A stretch of DNA of 64,000 nt from Christensenellales bacterium (GTDB taxonomy: Bacteria > Bacillota > Clostridia > Christensenellales > CALWSW01): assembly GCA_050945915.1 (NCBI GenBank), contig JBMNTV010000001.1:6115-70114 (forward strand). Direction: 5' to 3'. Below, in pieces: positions 17,212-25,945 of this stretch; within the stretch, counting starts at the first letter, position 1, and the number at the start of each line of letters is the position of its first letter. The position numbers and the translations under genes were made by a program. Below the pieces are notes generated by a model that saw only the letters and a list, made by a program, of their open reading frames with translations, was not told the origin of the DNA and did not search any database.

Positions 17212-18019
17212 CTTCACTTTTATGCAAAACGCCCTGCTGGCTTCGGCGTTCATTTCGATCCTGTGCCCCTGCATCGGGATTTTCCTGGTGCTGCGCCGGT
17301 ATTCGATGATTGGCGACACCCTGGCCCACGCATCCCTCGCGGGGATCACCATCGGCCTTGCCACCAACCAGAACCCCATCATCGGCGCCTTTGCCTTCTC
17401 TTCGATCTGCGGGGCGCTCATCGAGTTTTTGCGCAATTATTTCAAGAGGCATACCGATCTCATCCTGAACATCGTGCTCGCCCTGAGCGTGGGCATCGCC
17501 ATCACCATCATCAGTTCCGGCAGGCTGCACGCCAACGCCGATTCCTTCATGTTCGGCAGCATTTTGACCGTGACCCGACTGGACACCCTCCTCGTGTTCC
17601 TTTTGAGCGCGGTGTCCTTGCTGACGGTCATCTTCCTGTATCACCAGATGGTATACATCGCCTATGACGAGGAGGCGGCAAAGATTGCCGGCGTCAAAGT
17701 CCGGCTGATCAACTACGTGTTTTCCGTCCTCGTGGCGTCCGCGATTTCCGTTTCCATCCGGATTGTGGGTGTGCTGGTGTTGAGTTCCATGATTACGCTG
17801 CCCGTCGCCACCGCGCTCCAGCTTAGCAAAGGCTTCAAACTGACGCTGGTCTTTTCCATCGTCTTCAGCGTGATCGACATCATGCTCGGACTGATCCTCT
17901 CCTATTATCTCAACGTTGCCCCCGGCGGGTTTACCGCCCTCGTTTCTGTCGCCATGCTCGTCCTGGTGCTGATGGGGAAGAAAATCCGCGCAAGCCTTCG
18001 GGCCGCTAAGAACCACTAA
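17204..18019 (+). CDS. znuB: Metal ABC transporter permease
   Basis: 271 aa polytopic protein of the ZnuB/TroCD-like family (MIGDTLAHASLAGI). Overlaps znuC by 8 nt. Confidence 0.9.
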   Translation: MLSFTFMQNALLASAFISILCPCIGIFLVLRRYSMIGDTLAHASLAGITIGLATNQNPIIGAFAFSSICGALIEFLRNYFKRHTDLILNIVLALSVGIAITIISSGRLHANADSFMFGSILTVTRLDTLLVFLLSAVSLLTVIFLYHQMVYIAYDEEAAKIAGVKVRLINYVFSVLVASAISVSIRIVGVLVLSSMITLPVATALQLSKGFKLTLVFSIVFSVIDIMLGLILSYYLNVAPGGFTALVSVAMLVLVLMGKKIRASLRAAKNH

Positions 18020-18085
18020 AGTCACGCCCCCGGGCAAGGAGCAAACATGAGCTTTCATACAGTTTTTATATTATAGAACGTACCA

Positions 18086-18520
18086 GTGAAGGTGAAAGAG
18101 TTGAAAAAGTCGCAAAAAAACTGGCCCGCAGGTATTAAAAGAACCAGGCAGCGCGAAGGCGTACTCACCGTGCTCAAACAGGCAAATCAGCCCCTGAGTG
18201 CCGCGGAAATCTGCTCCAAACTGGAAGAATACGGCGAAAAGGCCTGGCTCTCCACCGTATATCGGATTCTTGAGCTTTTCGTCGAGCATAAGATCGCGGT
18301 CAAAATCAATGTCCTCAACAGCGGCACCGCCATCTATGAGCTGAATCGCGACAAACACAAGCATTATGCCGTGTGCATCGGATGCAATAAGATGATCGGG
18401 ATGCACAACTGCCCGATGATCGAGTGCATCCCCGAGCTGGACGAGCAGAACTTCCGGGTGCTGGGCCACAATCTTGAGGTTTTTGGATTCTGCGAGGATT
18501 GCAGAACCTGCAATGGCTGA
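18086..18520 (+). CDS. zur: Fur-family metalloregulator, probably Zur
   Basis: Winged helix (RTRQREGVLTVLKQANQPLSAAEI). CxxC pairs CIGC and CEDC. Last gene of the Zn locus. GTG 18086 versus TTG 18101 as the start is unresolved. Confidence 0.82.
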   Translation: MKVKELKKSQKNWPAGIKRTRQREGVLTVLKQANQPLSAAEICSKLEEYGEKAWLSTVYRILELFVEHKIAVKINVLNSGTAIYELNRDKHKHYAVCIGCNKMIGMHNCPMIECIPELDEQNFRVLGHNLEVFGFCEDCRTCNG

Positions 18521-18560
18521 TCTTTGGCGTTTTCTTGATTGCACAGCCGGATAAACACAG

Positions 18561-18590
18561 AAAAAACCGCCGATTGCTCGGCGGTTTTCG
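18561..18590. terminator. Bidirectional terminator between zur and the reductase gene
   Basis: AAAAAACCGCCGA-ttgc-TCGGCGGTTTT. Confidence 0.8.
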
Positions 18591-18600
18591 CTTTGTGTAC

Positions 18601-20586
18601 TTACCTTTGGGCTGCCGCGTTGGTTCCAGCCAGCCTTCCCGTGGTGATGCATTCGGAAATGGCGTTCCCACCCAAGCGGTTGCCGCCGTGGAATCCGCCG
18701 GTCACCTCGCCCGCGGCGTAAAGCCCGGGGATGATGTTTCCGTTGGTGTCCAGCACGCGCGCTTCGACGTCAACCTCGACGCCGCCCATGGTGTGGTGGA
18801 CAGCGGGAGAGCGCGGGTTTGCAAAATACGGGCCAGTATCCTCGATCTTCGCGGTGGTGTTGAAGATGGTCCTGCCGGTGAGCTCGTCGTACCCGGCGTC
18901 GATGGCGGCGTTGTAGTCGTCCACCGTCTTCCGCAGCACGGCGGGATCAATGCCGATCTGAACGGCGAGATCTTCAATGGTGTCCGCACGATATACGGCG
19001 CCCCGGGCGACAAGATCGTCCACATGGAAGCCGTAGGTGTTGACGAAATTCTCGTCCAGACGGCTGTTCTGGTAGCTGCTGATGATGTACATCATGCCGT
19101 TGGTCTGCTCCAGGGTGGCGGCGCAGAGCACGTCGCGCCTTTCGGTTTCGTTGACGAAGCGCAGCCCTTCCTGGTTGACGTACATGCTGGTGGTGTCGCC
19201 GACGTTGGTAGAGGTTTCACCCGTCTTCGGGTCGGCGATGAGGAGCTGGATCTTGTCCATACCTACGAGGTTGGCGCCGATCTCCTGGGCCATGATGATG
19301 CCGTCGCCCGTGATGGCGGGGCTGTTGGTGGTGGGCACCGTCGGCCCCAGATCCGCCCAGATGCTGTTGTGTTCAACGCGCATTTCAACGTTTGCGCCGA
19401 ATCCGCCGGTGGCCAGGACCACGCCCTTTTCAGCGGTATAGACATAGGGGGTTCCGTTGGCGGCGACCGCCTGAACGCCTGTGACCCTGCCGTCCGTCAC
19501 GACCAGGGATTCCGCCCTGACCTCGAGGTCGTATTCGATGTCCAGACCCTTTGCCGCGGCGTCATCCTTCATGACTTCGATAAAGCCGATGCCGCTCTTG
19601 TAGGTCTTGGACATGTTGGCCCTGGGCCACAGCGAGCCGACGATCACGATGGAATTATCCTTCCAGTCAAAGCCCATGTCCTTGAGCCATTCGTAGGTTT
19701 CAGGGGCCCTTTTGCACATGGATTCAATCAGTACGGGATTGCCGACATAGTCTCCGTCCACGTAGGTCTGGATCATGTGCAGATAGATGGAGTCAAACAG
19801 GTACGTGCTGCCCGCAGCCTTATAGGCGTCAAACTCCTTCTTGAGATTCTCCTGCCAGGACTTCATGATGTCGTCCCTGGGCTCCATGGTGCAATAGCCT
19901 TCAACCTGCTTGATCTGGCCTTCGGTCATCGTCTGATTCTTCTGGTTTTCCGGATACACCGCGTTGAAATACCCGCCGGAACGCACCGTGTTGCCGCCGA
20001 GGGCCGCAGTTTTTTCGATGACGATGACGCTTGCTCCCTTGTCAGCAGCAGCATGGGCAGCGGCGACCCCCGCGCCTCCTCCGCCGATGACGATGACGTC
20101 CGCCTTGCGCTCCACCAGCTCGCCAGCGGCTTCAGCTTCGATGGCAACGGCCTTCAGGGCGTCGACATCCCCGCCCGCCTGAACGACGGCATCCGCAACG
20201 GCTTCGAGAATCGCTTCGCTGGTTATCGTCGCGGTTGCGACGACGTCCACCGCAAGGGATTGATGCTCTACGATCTGCTGGGGAATCCTCTCGATGGGCA
20301 GATCGGAGATCCCTTCGGTTTCGGTGTGGGAAACGACCTTTGCGTCAACGATGGAATTTTCATCAAAGGTTACTTCGACTTTAACTTCGCCGTTTCTTCC
20401 GGCGCCGATGCCCGTATAGGTTCCGGGATTGTACTTGGCAACTGCGTTGCCTTCATTGACTACCGGCGGCGGAGTCGGGGTAGCGCTTTGCTGATCGGCG
20501 GTCGTGCCACAGGCGGCAAAACTGAGCGCCATGACCAGGCAAAGGACGAACGCCTGAATCCTTAAGAACGTTTTATTCTGTTTCAT
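18601..20586 (-). CDS. Exported lipoprotein flavin reductase (FMN-bind domain + fumarate/urocanate-reductase-type FAD domain)
   Basis: Start MKQNKTFL with lipobox LSFAAC, then a PTPPP linker. FMN-bind-like block YNPGTYTGIGAGRNGEVKVEVTF. FAD fingerprint DVIVIGGGGAGVAAA. HHTMGG and GEVTGGFHGGNRLGGNA near the C-terminus. Confidence 0.85.
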   Translation of the reverse strand: MKQNKTFLRIQAFVLCLVMALSFAACGTTADQQSATPTPPPVVNEGNAVAKYNPGTYTGIGAGRNGEVKVEVTFDENSIVDAKVVSHTETEGISDLPIERIPQQIVEHQSLAVDVVATATITSEAILEAVADAVVQAGGDVDALKAVAIEAEAAGELVERKADVIVIGGGGAGVAAAHAAADKGASVIVIEKTAALGGNTVRSGGYFNAVYPENQKNQTMTEGQIKQVEGYCTMEPRDDIMKSWQENLKKEFDAYKAAGSTYLFDSIYLHMIQTYVDGDYVGNPVLIESMCKRAPETYEWLKDMGFDWKDNSIVIVGSLWPRANMSKTYKSGIGFIEVMKDDAAAKGLDIEYDLEVRAESLVVTDGRVTGVQAVAANGTPYVYTAEKGVVLATGGFGANVEMRVEHNSIWADLGPTVPTTNSPAITGDGIIMAQEIGANLVGMDKIQLLIADPKTGETSTNVGDTTSMYVNQEGLRFVNETERRDVLCAATLEQTNGMMYIISSYQNSRLDENFVNTYGFHVDDLVARGAVYRADTIEDLAVQIGIDPAVLRKTVDDYNAAIDAGYDELTGRTIFNTTAKIEDTGPYFANPRSPAVHHTMGGVEVDVEARVLDTNGNIIPGLYAAGEVTGGFHGGNRLGGNAISECITTGRLAGTNAAAQR

Positions 20587-20739
20587 CGCTCTATTTTTGG
20601 GTATCCTCCATTCTTTTTGGTTGATCCGTATCAAAAGACATGCGAACCATCAGGTTGAACCGTTCATTCACCCTACCATTTCGCGCGAAATCATATGTGA
20701 CGTTACGCACTCTTTGTCGATACTTTATCAACCAATTAC

Positions 20740-20770
20740 AGGATACACCTTAAAAGCGTTTGAGAGTCAA
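20740..20770 (-). promoter_or_regulatory. Candidate MerR-type promoter TTGACT-19 nt-TATCCT upstream of the reductase
   Basis: Hexamers and the 19-nt spacer were counted directly. Located between the merR-family stop (20790) and the reductase gene. Confidence 0.35.
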
Positions 20771-20789
20771 GCAGTTTGTGAAAAAAAGA

Positions 20790-21605
20790 TCAGCAATATC
20801 TGAACGGGAGCCAGACTTCGTGGACGCGCTCGTGAAGGGTGCTGTGAAACACCGTGGTCACGGTCTTTGCGATTGCGTCCCCGGTAAGCTCCATCCCGTT
20901 TTCGGTCATATAATCAAGAACATGGGCAAGCATCCCGCAATTCAGCTCTTTTCCGCTGTCTGCCTGAATGACGGTATAAACGCAAGGGACGGAAGGCAGG
21001 TATTCCAGCTCCACCTCGACGTCGTCGATCCCGACGAACTCCGCGTCCTCCTCCATCACGCACATGCCAATGCCGTATTTCTCATTGCCCTTCAGGATGT
21101 CTTCCTGCATAAAAAACGGCGTGAGCGCTACCACCGGCATTTTGTCCATCCACTTCGTCATCTGGCGCATCGCCCTCTTGTCATCAAGGAACTCGCCCTG
21201 GGTCAGAAAGCGGAAGCGGTACATCGCGGGGCTGTTTTCCACCCTGCATCGCCACGCCATTTCGCCGACGGAGCGATAGGTGTCCGCCATTTTTTCCATC
21301 GCGGCAAGCAACCTTTTGTTCCACTCGATCGCGCGTTTGACATCTTCTTGTTTTTCCACCATTCTGTCCGCCAGCTCTTCCAGCGTACAGTGATTCAGAA
21401 GCTCTGATCCCTCCTGAACCGAGAAGCCGCAGTTGCGGTACATCCTCAGCCTCATCAGCACGTACACGTCCAGCGCGGTATAGTATCGATAGCCGCTTTC
21501 GCTGTCCACATGCTTAGATTTAATGCCTCCCTGCCGCTCGTAATAGCGGATCGCTTCTGAAGATATGCCAAGGATCTTGGATACCTCTCCGATTTTGTAA
21601 AGCAC
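20790..21605 (-). CDS. MerR-family regulator with GyrI/BmrR-like effector-binding C-terminal domain
   Basis: GTG start with RBS GGAGGAG 5 nt upstream. YKIGEVSKILGISSEAIRYYERQG HTH, coiled-coil linker, and a C-terminal domain of about 150 aa. Confidence 0.85.
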   Translation of the reverse strand: MLYKIGEVSKILGISSEAIRYYERQGGIKSKHVDSESGYRYYTALDVYVLMRLRMYRNCGFSVQEGSELLNHCTLEELADRMVEKQEDVKRAIEWNKRLLAAMEKMADTYRSVGEMAWRCRVENSPAMYRFRFLTQGEFLDDKRAMRQMTKWMDKMPVVALTPFFMQEDILKGNEKYGIGMCVMEEDAEFVGIDDVEVELEYLPSVPCVYTVIQADSGKELNCGMLAHVLDYMTENGMELTGDAIAKTVTTVFHSTLHERVHEVWLPFRYC

Positions 21606-21905
21606 GACTTCTCCTCCCCTCGCAGCATTGTCAGTACAAAAATTGCCGATTTCATAATATAGCTCCAAAAACCGATCCATGTCAAATGAATTTCACATGT
21701 AAACATCAGCCCTTGCGAGTTGCGGGATCGGGAAAATCCCGTTTCCTGTTCCGCGCATATTCTGAAAAGGCGGCGATGCGCGCAGCCTTTGGGTTTGCTT
21801 TGTCCCCATTCGTTAACAGCACTGCGGCGGGCGCACTGCCGGATGCACAGACGCTCTGCAGCCAAAGGCTACAAGGCATCCGCACCACAGGAAGGAGAGA
21901 CATCC

Positions 21906-22877
21906 ATGAGATTCTTCGCGACGGGCGCCCTGCAATCCCCTCCAGACCCCCGGGACTTCCGCCTTGCGGCAGCGGCAATACGGGAACTGCCAAAAAAACA
22001 CATGCAGGAGATGCCCCCGGTGATCGACCAGGGAAAAGTGGGCAACTGCGTCGCCCAGGCATGTTGCTATGCCAGCAAAGCCGCGAACGGTCCGGATTTC
22101 GATCCCAACTGGGTCTATGGAAGGCGCAAGGAAACCGATTACCAGGGCCCGGGCTGGTACCTGCGGCTGGCGCTGAAAACCCTGTTAAAAGAGGGCAACG
22201 TTCCCTGGACTGGTCAGGAGCCCCTGGAAGTCGAGGATGTTCAAAAATACGTGAAGAAACACGAGGCGCGGCTGCTCGCCCTGGCCCGGGACTACAAGAT
22301 TGAACATTACGCCCGGCTCGCCAGCGCAAACGAGATCAAAACCGCCCTTCTGGCGGGAATGCGGGTGGTTTTCAGCGCGCCTATCACCAGCTTTGAACCT
22401 GATCAGGAAGGGTTGTTTCGCTGCACCATCAACGAACACGGGGGCCACGCCATGAGCGTCTGGGGTTATGACGGGGAGCTTTTTCGGGTTCAGAACAGCT
22501 GGGGAAGGGACTGGGGCCAAAGCGGTCGCTGCTGGATGCTGGCGGAGGACATTTTGCGCTGGAACGATTGCTGGGCCATCGCCGATGTGCCTTCCAAGAG
22601 CATCATTCAGCCGGAAATCCAGGAAATGGCCGTCCGTTACCCTGCCCGGATCCGGACCAGAACCAAGGGCAGCAGGGTGAACCTCAGAAAGACCAGTTCG
22701 GCAATGTCGCCCAAGGTGGGCAGCGTAAGAGACGGCTCCGTCGTCCTCGTCCTTGCGGAACGCGGCACCCGGCGGGAAATCTGCTTCGGCGACGGAAAGA
22801 TCTATCTCACCGGCTGGATCCCCGCAAGCTATATCAACCCCGCAGCGGGATACAGGGAAAAGGACGAGGAGCTGTGA
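21906..22877 (+). CDS. Papain-family (C1) cysteine peptidase fused to a C-terminal SH3b-like domain, no signal peptide
   Basis: RBS GGAAGGAGAG. Cys motif QGKVGNCVAQA, His GGHAMSVWGY, Asn VQNSWG. C-terminal RVNLRKTSS...GKIYLTGWIPASYI is SH3b-like. The tracked ORF start (21720) was trimmed. Confidence 0.78.
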   Translation: MRFFATGALQSPPDPRDFRLAAAAIRELPKKHMQEMPPVIDQGKVGNCVAQACCYASKAANGPDFDPNWVYGRRKETDYQGPGWYLRLALKTLLKEGNVPWTGQEPLEVEDVQKYVKKHEARLLALARDYKIEHYARLASANEIKTALLAGMRVVFSAPITSFEPDQEGLFRCTINEHGGHAMSVWGYDGELFRVQNSWGRDWGQSGRCWMLAEDILRWNDCWAIADVPSKSIIQPEIQEMAVRYPARIRTRTKGSRVNLRKTSSAMSPKVGSVRDGSVVLVLAERGTRREICFGDGKIYLTGWIPASYINPAAGYREKDEEL

Positions 22878-22891
22878 CCCGCGAAACCAAA

Positions 22892-22921
22892 AACCCGCCC
22901 CCCTTCATAAGGGTGCGGGTT
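22892..22921. terminator. Bidirectional terminator between the peptidase gene and the convergent small ORF
   Basis: AACCCGCCCCC-ttcataa-GGGTGCGGGTT (one mismatch). T-rich flanks on both strands. Confidence 0.6.
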
Positions 22922-22958
22922 CTCCTCTATTTTGGTTTCTTGGCTATGCATCATCCGA

Positions 22959-23153
22959 CTAGACTTTGACGATTTCCGACGGATCCGTCACCACGACATA
23001 GCCATTCTTATCCAATAACGGCGTAATCCCTCCCACGCCTCCATAGGTGGCGAAAAGATAGTTCACGCCGGTCTCCCTGTCCACGATGATTTCATAGGTG
23101 CGCATGGCACCTTGCTTATAGATGCGGACGAAGCGTTCGTGATTCTTGATCAT
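22959..23153 (-). CDS. Small conserved hypothetical protein (DUF6440-like by recollection)
   Basis: 64 aa, ...DRETGVNYLFATYGGVGGITPLLDKNGYVVV... ATGA start/stop overlap with the upstream TVP38 gene. Confidence 0.55.
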   Translation of the reverse strand: MIKNHERFVRIYKQGAMRTYEIIVDRETGVNYLFATYGGVGGITPLLDKNGYVVVTDPSEIVKV

Positions 23154-23929
23154 TGGTCTGCCTCCCTGCCGATTTTGCTCTTTGAATAGATTCTATACGC
23201 CAGTACGCCCAGGGCAGACAGCATCGCGGTCACGACAAACACGATGATCGCAGTTTTTATCTTTCCGTTCCCCAGAGCGCTGCCCACGACGGTGGACGAA
23301 ATGACGGAGGGCATCCTCGCGATGGTGGTCAGCACCAAAAAACGCCACATGTTGATGGGCAGCAGCCCGGCGACGTAGGACAGCACGTCCTTCGGGGTTC
23401 CGGGTATCAGGAACAGCACAAAGGTCAAAAGCTCCAGCTTGCGGCTGTCGTTCAGGAATTTGACGGATTGCATCTTCTCCCGGGAAACGAAGGCTTCCAC
23501 GAGCTTAACCCCGTACTTGCGCGTAATCAAAAAGATGATGAGCTGCCCCAAAAAAGCGCCCGCCAAACAAAGGAGCATTCCCCCCCATGCGCCAAAAGCG
23601 TATCCTGCGCCCACTTCCATGGGTTCCCCGGGAATAATGGCGAACAAAACCTGGAGCGCCATGATCCCGATCATCGCCAGATAGCCCAGTATGCCGTGGC
23701 TGTTTACCCAGTCCCGAAATGCCTCCGGGTTTTCCACCGTGGCCAGAAGCGGCTTGCCGATCACAAAATAAGCCGCAATCAAAAACCCTATCAAAACAAT
23801 GATCGAGAGGACGCCCACCGCTTTTCGACGGCGGAGGTAATCCGCCTCCTCTTTCTTTACGGGAGCATCGCTTTCTGGAGGCGAAGCCCCGACCATCTTT
23901 TCGTCTGTCGTCGGCATTTTGTGATCCAT
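23150..23929 (-). CDS. TVP38/TMEM64 (DedA-related) family membrane protein
   Basis: Conserved LTFVLFLIPGTPKDVLSYVAGLLPINMWRFLVLTTIAR. ATG 23929 was chosen as the start (RBS GGGAGAG). The start is uncertain. Confidence 0.82.
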   Translation of the reverse strand: MDHKMPTTDEKMVGASPPESDAPVKKEEADYLRRRKAVGVLSIIVLIGFLIAAYFVIGKPLLATVENPEAFRDWVNSHGILGYLAMIGIMALQVLFAIIPGEPMEVGAGYAFGAWGGMLLCLAGAFLGQLIIFLITRKYGVKLVEAFVSREKMQSVKFLNDSRKLELLTFVLFLIPGTPKDVLSYVAGLLPINMWRFLVLTTIARMPSVISSTVVGSALGNGKIKTAIIVFVVTAMLSALGVLAYRIYSKSKIGREADQ

Positions 23930-24151
23930 AGACTCTCCCGCGAAAGCATATTCAGCATCATTATAACAAAGATACAAGGTGTTGTGGATGCCAATTTACA
24001 ATTTTTCCCCATAACCCACCTGTTTTCTCGGAAAATCCGCCATTTTGAATGAATTGATATTGACATCAGCAAAGTACATATAGTATTGTCTCTTTATAAG
24101 TGCCTTCATCCGTCTTTTTAGTCCATTCTATGAAAGTGAGAATCACGAATT

Positions 24152-25513
24152 ATGCAGAACGAACTTAAACGCAAATATGGTTTGCCCACGGCTATTTCGA
24201 TGGTCGTCGGCATCATTATCGGCTCTGGCATCTTTTTTAAGGCGCAAAAGGTGCTTGCTGTCTCCGAAGGCAGCCTGCCGATTTCTGTGTTGGCATGGGT
24301 CATCGGCGGTCTCATCATGATCGTGTGCGCACTGGCATTTGCCAATCTCGCTTCGCGTTATGAGCGGGTAAATGGCATCGTGGACTACGCGGAAGTCGCC
24401 GTAGGACCCAAGTACGGTTATATGATCGGCTGGTTTTTGACGACCATATACTACCCCGCGATAACCTCCGTCCTCGCCTGGGTTTCCGCCCGGTATTTCT
24501 GCGAACTCTTCGGGATGGACATTACCGGGGGTGGCTGCCTTGCCATTGCGGCCTTCTTCATGTGCGCCAGCTATGGCGTCAACGCGATTTCCCCCAAGCT
24601 GGCCGGAAAATTCCAGGTCAGCACCACTGTGATCAAGCTGATTCCCCTGATCGCTGTGGGCCTTATCGGAACGGTGATCGGCCTGATCAACGGTCTGACC
24701 GTCCAGAATTTCTCTGCGCCCGTCATTACTGAGACCTTCTCCCCGGGGAACGCGCTGTTTATCTCCGTCTGCGCGACAGCTTTCGCCTATGAGGGCTGGA
24801 TCATCGCAACCAGCATCAACTCCGAGCTGGTGGACGGAAAGAAAAACCTTCCCATAGCCCTCGTGGGCGGCGCACTGATCGTCATCACCGTATACACCCT
24901 TTATAACATCGGCCTGTTTGGCGCGGTGGAACGGGACATTGTTTTGAACGAAGGCACGACCCCCGCTTTCTCCGCCCTTTTTGGCAATGCAGGAGCAACC
25001 ATCGTCGCGGTACTGATCGTCGTTTCCTGCCTGGGCACCCTCAACGGACTTATGCTTGGCTGCACGCGTGGTTTGTATTCCCTGGCCGTCCGCGGCGTCG
25101 GACCCAAACCCGGTATTTTCCGCCAGGTGGACCCGGCGACCAACATGCCCAGCAATTCTTCGGTGATTGGCCTCGTGCTTTGCGGGTTCTGGCTCATGTA
25201 TTTCTACGGGGCGAACCTGACCTCTCCGTTGTGGTTCGGTCCCTTCAGCTTTGACTCCTCGGAGCTGCCCATCATCACGCTGTATGCGGCATACATCCCG
25301 ATCTTCATCATGACGATGCGGAAGGAAAAGGACATGAAACCCTTCGCCCGCATTGGCATCAACTCCCTGGCGATTGCCGGTTGCGTCTTCATGATGATCG
25401 CAGCCGTCGTCAGCCATCAGATTGCCGTCGCCTATTACCTTATCCTCTTCGTCATCGTCATGCTCATCGGCCTGCTGTTCTATCGCAATGGGAAGAACAG
25501 AAGCCACGACTGA
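24152..25513 (+). CDS. APC-superfamily amino acid permease
   Basis: 453 aa with about 12 TM segments. N-terminal LPTAISMVVGIIIGSGIFFK signature. Confidence 0.9.
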   Translation: MQNELKRKYGLPTAISMVVGIIIGSGIFFKAQKVLAVSEGSLPISVLAWVIGGLIMIVCALAFANLASRYERVNGIVDYAEVAVGPKYGYMIGWFLTTIYYPAITSVLAWVSARYFCELFGMDITGGGCLAIAAFFMCASYGVNAISPKLAGKFQVSTTVIKLIPLIAVGLIGTVIGLINGLTVQNFSAPVITETFSPGNALFISVCATAFAYEGWIIATSINSELVDGKKNLPIALVGGALIVITVYTLYNIGLFGAVERDIVLNEGTTPAFSALFGNAGATIVAVLIVVSCLGTLNGLMLGCTRGLYSLAVRGVGPKPGIFRQVDPATNMPSNSSVIGLVLCGFWLMYFYGANLTSPLWFGPFSFDSSELPIITLYAAYIPIFIMTMRKEKDMKPFARIGINSLAIAGCVFMMIAAVVSHQIAVAYYLILFVIVMLIGLLFYRNGKNRSHD

Positions 25514-25532
25514 TCCCTCGCATTCATCAAAA

Positions 25533-25555
25533 ACCGGGCTTTGCCCGGTTTTTTT
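25533..25555 (+). terminator. Intrinsic terminator after the permease gene
   Basis: ACCGGGC-ttt-GCCCGGT-TTTTTT. Confidence 0.85.
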
Positions 25556-25945
25556 GTCCTCTGCGCAAATTGGCCAGGGCTCGCCTGCCAAAAGGTCTAC
25601 TCAGCCGCCTGCAATACTCCTTCGGCAAAAACGCCCACAAAACGGCCACCGTATACTCCAAAAAGCAACAAAAAGAACCAAAACGTCCGAATGATTTGAT
25701 TTTTTGCTCATGCGATCCAATCATTTATCGATTATATATGTGAGGATATATTACAAAAGGGTGCAGCCCAGCCTGCCGGGCAAGGAACGGCGCAAAAACG
25801 CGAAATACGAGTCGGATCCTTACTCTTAATTGCCCGAAATGCAGGCAGATATGAGGCACCCATCCAATGCCGCGACGACCCGTTGCGCCCGCGATTCGCC
25901 CAAAATGACAAAATATGATCACATACATACCCGAAGGAAAGATCG

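Noticed and set aside
18499-20565. 688-aa ORF on the plus strand
   Set aside because: It is antisense to the flavin reductase gene and has no recognisable motifs. The same applies to 58427-60508 (antisense to rel), 44361-45854, 9850-11166, 24143-25591 and 60638-61570.
25527-25724. 65-aa minus-strand ORF in the permease-cheR gap
   Set aside because: It runs through the strong permease terminator hairpin, has no RBS and an implausible Arg/Phe/Cys-rich product.
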